In this document: positions 58,970 to 64,000 of the stretch, piece after piece | Layout of the letters: every line of letters begins with the position of its first letter | How positions within the stretch are numbered: the first letter of the stretch is position 1 | DNA from: Clostridia bacterium | GTDB taxonomy: Bacteria > Bacillota > Clostridia > TANB77 > CAG-508 | DNA: 64,000 bases | Direction of reading: 5' to 3' | NCBI GenBank assembly: GCA_035388585.1 | Contig: DAOOQE010000003.1 | Location: forward strand, 1,517-65,516 | Notes under the pieces: model-generated | Told to the model about the DNA's origin: nothing | The model's input: only the letters and a program-made list of their open reading frames with translations | The model's database searches: none | Made by a program: the position numbers and the translations under genes

Positions 58970-59083
58970 AAATTTTATTCTTTTTTCAACAATTACATTT
59001 AAGAAATAAAATTTTATTCTTTTTCAATAATTACATTTAATAAATAAAATTAAATTCTTTTTTCCATAATTCCATCTATTAAT
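58970..59083. repeat. 38-bp tandem repeat x3 whose last copy is the 3-prime end of clpP
   Basis: AAATTTTATTCTTTTTTCAACAATTACATTTAAGAAAT / AAAATTTTATTCTTTTTCAATAATTACATTTAATAAAT / AAAATTAAATTCTTTTTTCCATAATTCCATCTATTAAT. The third copy contains the clpP stop and its last codons. Confidence 0.8.
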
Positions 59084-59655
59084 CCATATTTTAGAGCTTC
59101 TTCAGCAGTCATATAATTATCTCTTTCAGTATCTTTATTAATTACATCCATTGATTGACCAGTTCTATCACTTAATAATTTATTTAATTTCTCTCTTGTC
59201 TTTACTAAATGATCGGCATGAATTTTTATTTCTGTAGCTTGCCCTGAAAGACCCCCACCTGCTATTAAAGGTTGGTGAATTAAAATTTCTGCGTTTGGAG
59301 TAGCATATCTTTTACCTTTTTCTCCTGAAGCTAATAATACTGCACCCATACTTGCTGCCATTCCTATACATATAGTTGATACTGGACATTTTATATAATT
59401 CATTGTATCTACTATACCCATACCAGCTGTAATTGATCCTCCTGGACTATTAATATATAAAAATATTTCTTTATCAGGATCTTCAGATTCTAAAAATAAT
59501 AATTGTGCAATTACTAAATTAGCAGATACTTGGTTAACATCTTCCCCTAAAAATATAATTCTGTCTTTTAATAATCTTGAAAAAATATCATAAGATCTTT
59601 CTCCTTTTGAAGTTTGTTCTATTACATATGGAACTAAACTATTTCTTTCTAACAT
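59050..59655 (-). CDS. clpP: ATP-dependent Clp protease proteolytic subunit
   Basis: [24 protein letters not shown]-terminus, with catalytic Ser context GMAASMGA and His context IHQP. Start set to the ATG at 59655 (AAGGAGG 6 nt upstream). Confidence 0.97.
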   Translation of the reverse strand: MLERNSLVPYVIEQTSKGERSYDIFSRLLKDRIIFLGEDVNQVSANLVIAQLLFLESEDPDKEIFLYINSPGGSITAGMGIVDTMNYIKCPVSTICIGMAASMGAVLLASGEKGKRYATPNAEILIHQPLIAGGGLSGQATEIKIHADHLVKTREKLNKLLSDRTGQSMDVINKDTERDNYMTAEEALKYGLIDGIMEKRI

Positions 59656-59720
59656 AAATTTCCTCCTTAATATTATTAACAAATTTTTAATAACTTTTAA
59701 TATTTTAATAAACTACGAAT

Positions 59721-59749
59721 ATTTTATACTATTCATTATTTTTTTTCAA
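59721..59749 (-). promoter_or_regulatory. candidate sigma-A promoter for clpP
   Basis: On the - strand: TTGAAA, a 17-nt spacer, then TAAAAT, about 65 nt upstream of the clpP ATG. Confidence 0.4.
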
Positions 59750-59882
59750 TCCTTTTGTATAAAACAATCTATATATTTAAATAATCAACTTACAATTAAC
59801 TTACAAAACTGCATTTAAGTTTTTACTTGACGATATATAAATTAACAAATCTAAAATTAAAATTAATAATTACACTCCTGTT

Positions 59883-59919
59883 AAAAAATGGACAAAATTA
59901 AATTATTTTGTCCATTTTG
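59883..59919 (-). terminator. tig intrinsic terminator
   Basis: AAAATGGACAAAAT-6 nt loop-ATTTTGTCCATTTT. On the - strand it is followed by TTTTTTAAC. Confidence 0.8.
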
Positions 59920-59929
59920 TACTTCATTA

Positions 59930-61219
59930 TTATTTTATTTTTGCATTATCAACAATAAATGTTATTGCTTTTTCTGATTTCATACTATCTTTTATGTAAT
60001 TCTTTAAATTATCATTTTCTAATAATTCTTTACTATCTTTACCATAAGTTTTTGCCATTTCATTAATTTTTTCATTAATTTCTTCAGTAGTAGCTTCTAA
60101 TTTTTCAGCTTCTACTATTGCTTCTAGTACCATTCTAACTTTAACTGATCTTTGTGCTTGTTCAAAATATTCTTGTCTTATTTCCTCTTCTTTTTTACCA
60201 ATCATTTGTAGATATTGTTCAAGATTCATTCCTTGATATGCTAATTTCGCATCAATATCTTTTAATATATTGTCAATTTCAGTTTCAATCATTCCTGAAG
60301 GTATTTCTACATCAACTAAATCGCAAACAGTTTTTATAGCTTCTTCCTCTATTTCATATTTAGCTTTATTTTTATTTTCTTCTTCTAGTTTTTCTTTTAT
60401 ACTATTTTTTAGTTCTTCTAATGTTTCAAATTCGCTTACATCTTTTGCAAATTCATCATCTAGAACAGGTAATTCTTTTCTTTTAATTTCATTTACTTTA
60501 ACTTTAAATATAGCATCTTTTCCAGCTAAATCTTTAGAAAAATATTCTTCTGGAAATTTAACATTTATTTCTTTTTCTTCGTTTACTTTCATTCCAATTA
60601 CTTGTTCTTCAAATCCAGGTATAAATGTTTTACTACCTATTTTCAATTCATGGTTTTCAGCTTTTCCACCATCAAATGCTACTCCATCAACAAATCCTTC
60701 AAAATCTATAACAGTTATATCATTTTCTTTAACTTTAACTCTTCCATCTTCTACACTTACTAATCTTGAATTTTTTTCAGACATATTTTCTAATTCTTTT
60801 TCTATGTCAGATTTGCTAACGTTATACACTATTTTTTTAAGTTCTATACCCTTATATTTACCTAATTTAATTTCTGGTTTTGTTTGAATAATAGCAGTAA
60901 ATATTAAGTCCTTACCTTTTTCTATTTGTGTTATATCAATTTCAGGTTTACTTACTGATTCTATATTATTATCTTTTAATTCTTTTTCGAAAATTTCTGG
61001 AACTATTTCATTAAAAGTATCTTCATAAAAAATTTGTGCTCCATACATTTTTTCTACTTTAGCCATAGGTGCTTTCCCTTTTCTAAATCCAGGTATTGTA
61101 AAGTAATTAGCAGTTTTAGCATATACTTTTTTCATTCCTTCATCAAATTTTTCTGCTCCTACTGTAAAAGTTAATTTTAATTCATTCTTATTTTCTGTGT
61201 TTTCTATTTTAATACTCAT
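59930..61219 (-). CDS. tig: trigger factor
   Basis: 429 aa. N-terminal ribosome-binding GFRKGKAP motif, a central FKBP-type PPIase domain and a C-terminal helical arm. Confidence 0.95.
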   Translation of the reverse strand: MSIKIENTENKNELKLTFTVGAEKFDEGMKKVYAKTANYFTIPGFRKGKAPMAKVEKMYGAQIFYEDTFNEIVPEIFEKELKDNNIESVSKPEIDITQIEKGKDLIFTAIIQTKPEIKLGKYKGIELKKIVYNVSKSDIEKELENMSEKNSRLVSVEDGRVKVKENDITVIDFEGFVDGVAFDGGKAENHELKIGSKTFIPGFEEQVIGMKVNEEKEINVKFPEEYFSKDLAGKDAIFKVKVNEIKRKELPVLDDEFAKDVSEFETLEELKNSIKEKLEEENKNKAKYEIEEEAIKTVCDLVDVEIPSGMIETEIDNILKDIDAKLAYQGMNLEQYLQMIGKKEEEIRQEYFEQAQRSVKVRMVLEAIVEAEKLEATTEEINEKINEMAKTYGKDSKELLENDNLKNYIKDSMKSEKAITFIVDNAKIK

Positions 61220-61512
61220 TTTACATACATCCTTTCATTTCGCTGAATCTTATATTTAACATAACTATTTTACACTAACTAAAATAGCTTTCTTATTATA
61301 TCACAATTTGTTCATTTTGCAATACTTTTTATGTGTTTTACAATAACTTTTAGATATATTATCTTAAATATTGCTTTAAATGTTGCATTCTCTCATACAA
61401 CCTGAATTTAAATTACAAAGTTCATTTAACTTTTTACTTAACAAACTTCTAAAGATATAAACCATATTTTTAAATTTTGTAGCAGTAATTATATAAGCCT
61501 AACAATACTTAA

Positions 61513-62220
61513 TTATAATATTTTATACGGATTAAAATCTAAAAAATCAGCACTAATCAATTTCATATTAATACCTTCAATATTTCCATCCAAACATTCT
61601 TTATGTGAATTTCCATGCAAATGTCCATAAAAACAATCTTTCACATTAAAGTCCTTCATAGTTTTTATAAACAAAGTCTTATTTGTTTCTACTTTTTCAT
61701 TTGATAAATATGGAGGATAATGCATACAAACTATTATTTTTTTATCTGTACCATGTTTTGTAATCCCATCAACCAATGATAATTTTAATCTATCATTTTC
61801 TCTATTTATCATTTTATTACTATTTTCAGATTCTAAAAAAGTCCAACCTCTAGTACCGCATATAATTATATTATCATAAATTATTGAATTATTTTGTATA
61901 AAATCTATATTTTTAAAATTGTTTTCATCTAAAAACTTTTTCATGCTTTTTAGTGTTGTCCACCAATAATCATGATTTCCTTTTATCAAAACCTTTTTCC
62001 CTGGTAAATCATTTAAAAATTTAAAATCTTCATATGTATCCTTTAAATGCATAGCCCAAGAAAAATCTCCTGGAATAACTACTAAATCATGTTCTTTCAC
62101 ATTTTTTTTCCAATTTTGTTTAATTTTTTCTGAATGATTATTCCATTTCTCACCAAAAATATTCATTGGTTTATTTTCATTAAATGAAAGATGCAAATCT
62201 GCAATTATAAATATTGACAT
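61513..62220 (-). CDS. metallophosphoesterase family protein
   Basis: 235 aa. Motifs ADLHLS, GDFSW, GNHDYWW, CMHYPP and GHLHG. Confidence 0.8.
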   Translation of the reverse strand: MSIFIIADLHLSFNENKPMNIFGEKWNNHSEKIKQNWKKNVKEHDLVVIPGDFSWAMHLKDTYEDFKFLNDLPGKKVLIKGNHDYWWTTLKSMKKFLDENNFKNIDFIQNNSIIYDNIIICGTRGWTFLESENSNKMINRENDRLKLSLVDGITKHGTDKKIIVCMHYPPYLSNEKVETNKTLFIKTMKDFNVKDCFYGHLHGNSHKECLDGNIEGINMKLISADFLDFNPYKIL

Positions 62221-62273
62221 ATAAGCTTTCCTCCTAAACTTTTTTTAGAAATAAATCTACAATATCAAAATAT

Positions 62274-63278
62274 TTATTCATCAAATTTCAAATTTGGTAC
62301 TGCATTTAAATCTAAGTTTGCAAATTTTTTATTTATAAAGTTGTAATATCCTGCTGAAGCAATCATTGCAGCATTATCTGTACATAAAACTAATTCAGGA
62401 TAATAAATTTGTAGATTTTCTCTTTCCCCTAGCTCTGTAAATCTTTCTCTTATATAACTATTTGCTGAAACACCTCCAGCAAGAGCTATTTTATCTATTT
62501 TAAGTTGTTTTACTGCATTAATTGTATTTTCTATTAATACATCCGTAACAGCTTTTTCAAAACTAATTGCTAAATCTGCTTTATTTATATTGGGATCTTT
62601 ATGATTCAAATTAATTACTGCAGTTTTTATACCACTAAAACTAAAATCTAAATTATCAAAATGTGTTTTAGGTAATTTTATTAATGGTTTCCCAGTTTTT
62701 GCCAGTATATCTATTTTAGGTCCACCCGGATAACCTAGACCTATGACTCTTGCAACTTTGTCAAACGCTTCTCCTATTGCATCATCTCTGGTTTTTCCTA
62801 ATATTTGAAAGTTTTGATAATCTTTTACATGTACTAAATGAGTATGTCCTCCTGAAATTATTAAACACAAAAATGGCGGTTCTAATTTTTTAAAAGTTAA
62901 ATAATTTGATGCAATATGTCCTTGAATATGATTTGTTGCTACTAAAGGTTTTTTTAATGCATAACTTAAGCCCTTGGCATAAGATACTCCTACTAATAAA
63001 GCACCTACAAGTCCAGGTCCATATGTACAGGCTATACCATCTATATCATCAAATGATACTCCTGCTTCTTCCAATGCTTTCTTAGTAACATCTGAAATAA
63101 CTTCAACATGATTTCTCGAAGCTATTTCAGGTACAACTCCTCCAAATTTTTGATGTATATCTATTTGAGAATTTATTACATTAGATAAAATTTCTCTACC
63201 ATTTTTAACAATAGAACAAGATGTTTCATCACAACTAGATTCAATTCCTAATATTATTATATCTTCTTTTTGTTTCAT
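62274..63278 (-). CDS. tsaD: tRNA N6-adenosine threonylcarbamoyltransferase
   Basis: [13 protein letters not shown]-terminus, with HIQGH and ISGGHTHL motifs. Start set to the ATG at 63278 (GGAG 6 nt upstream). Confidence 0.93.
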   Translation of the reverse strand: MKQKEDIIILGIESSCDETSCSIVKNGREILSNVINSQIDIHQKFGGVVPEIASRNHVEVISDVTKKALEEAGVSFDDIDGIACTYGPGLVGALLVGVSYAKGLSYALKKPLVATNHIQGHIASNYLTFKKLEPPFLCLIISGGHTHLVHVKDYQNFQILGKTRDDAIGEAFDKVARVIGLGYPGGPKIDILAKTGKPLIKLPKTHFDNLDFSFSGIKTAVINLNHKDPNINKADLAISFEKAVTDVLIENTINAVKQLKIDKIALAGGVSANSYIRERFTELGERENLQIYYPELVLCTDNAAMIASAGYYNFINKKFANLDLNAVPNLKFDE

Positions 63279-63319
63279 TTTAATCTCCATATCTTATTAA
63301 AAAAATAATTATACATAGC

Positions 63320-63982
63320 TTAAAAGCCAAAAACAATTCCAACTAATTGCATTATTTTTTCTCCAATTATACTAATTAAAGGTGTTACAACAATCCCAGC
63401 TATTCCTGTAATCCAAATAATTATAAATACAATATAAAAAATACTTTCTTTTTCCTCAAACCATATTCTTGATTTTTGTGGTAAGAAATATTTTAAAACT
63501 TTTGAACCATCTAATGGTGGCAATGGAATTAAATTAAATACACCTAAACCTATATTCAGCATTATTATATATCCTATTGCAAGTACTATATAATAATATG
63601 TTTTAATATCAAAATTAGAAAGTAAATTAAATTTTACTATTACACCATATATTAAAGCAAATATAATTGCAACTATAAAATTCATTACTGGCCCAGCAAT
63701 TGAAATTAGTGCCTCAGCCTTTGTTACAGAAGTTTTTCCATTTAGGTTTCTATAATCTACTTGTACTGGTTTTCCCCATCCTATACCTATTGTTAACAAC
63801 ATAATCAAACCCACTAAATCAACATGATTTAACGGATTTAAATTCAATCTCCCTTGTTCTTTTGCTGTATTATCTCCTAGTTTGTTTGCTGTATATGCAT
63901 GTGCAAACTCATGAAATGTAATTGCTATTAATACCGCAGGAATCATCAATAATGTAGTAATGGCAGTATTTGTATCTGACAA
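63320..63982 (-). CDS. site-2 protease (peptidase M50) family membrane metalloprotease
   Basis: At least 220 aa. HEFAHAY (HExxH) in the first TM, then several further TM segments. The apparent TTG start has no SD and the frame stays open to the window edge, so the true 5-prime end may lie outside the window. Confidence 0.75.
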   Translation of the reverse strand: MSDTNTAITTLLMIPAVLIAITFHEFAHAYTANKLGDNTAKEQGRLNLNPLNHVDLVGLIMLLTIGIGWGKPVQVDYRNLNGKTSVTKAEALISIAGPVMNFIVAIIFALIYGVIVKFNLLSNFDIKTYYYIVLAIGYIIMLNIGLGVFNLIPLPPLDGSKVLKYFLPQKSRIWFEEKESIFYIVFIIIWITGIAGIVVTPLISIIGEKIMQLVGIVFGF

Positions 63983-64000
63983 ACTATTAAGAATTATTCT

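Noticed and set aside
59656-59929. CtsR operator (GGTCAAA direct heptad repeat) upstream of clpP.
   Set aside because: No GGTCA or TGACC heptads are present. Only a plausible sigma-A promoter was found.
60270-60887. 205-aa + strand ORF rich in Ser and Phe.
   Set aside because: It is antisense to trigger factor. The low-complexity S/F/L content mirrors the E/K/L-rich tig codons. There is no SD.

Overview
Extremely AT-rich, low-GC Firmicute (Clostridia-like) chromosomal segment. It is densely packed with core housekeeping genes: pta-ackA, rho, prfB, secA, uvrBA, ispGH, smpB, fba, corA, mutS-miaB, rpmE, hisS, rnr, secG, clpXP, tig and tsaD. I saw no rRNA, tRNA, tmRNA, CRISPR array, transposase or obvious defence system, and I do not see a clear multi-gene novel system. 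All five genes left of about 5.8 kb are on the + strand; about 85 percent of genes right of about 6.45 kb are on the - strand. The switch coincides with a Xer-family tyrosine recombinase, a 630-bp gene-poor repeat-rich spacer and a YolD-like/Y-family polymerase pair. This fits either a replication terminus or a decayed mobile-element remnant. The most unusual recurring signal is a set of roughly 38-44 bp tandem duplications that start inside the last codons of a gene and continue downstream (pentapeptide gene, ackA, fba, GT39-like gene, clpP). Other points of interest are listed below.
- An in-frame 24-nt tandem repeat insertion in ispH.
- A 427-aa orphan protein between rnr and hisS.
- An overlapping nucleoside-kinase/RNHCP gene pair flanked by two paralogous membrane proteins.
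- A short peroxiredoxin-like remnant beside a radical SAM/SPASM gene.
- Several mini-ORFs with strong ribosome-binding sites.
Several starts were refined from the ORF track using Shine-Dalgarno spacing, and TTG/GTG starts are noted. All functional calls come from reading the translated sequence for motifs, not from database searches.
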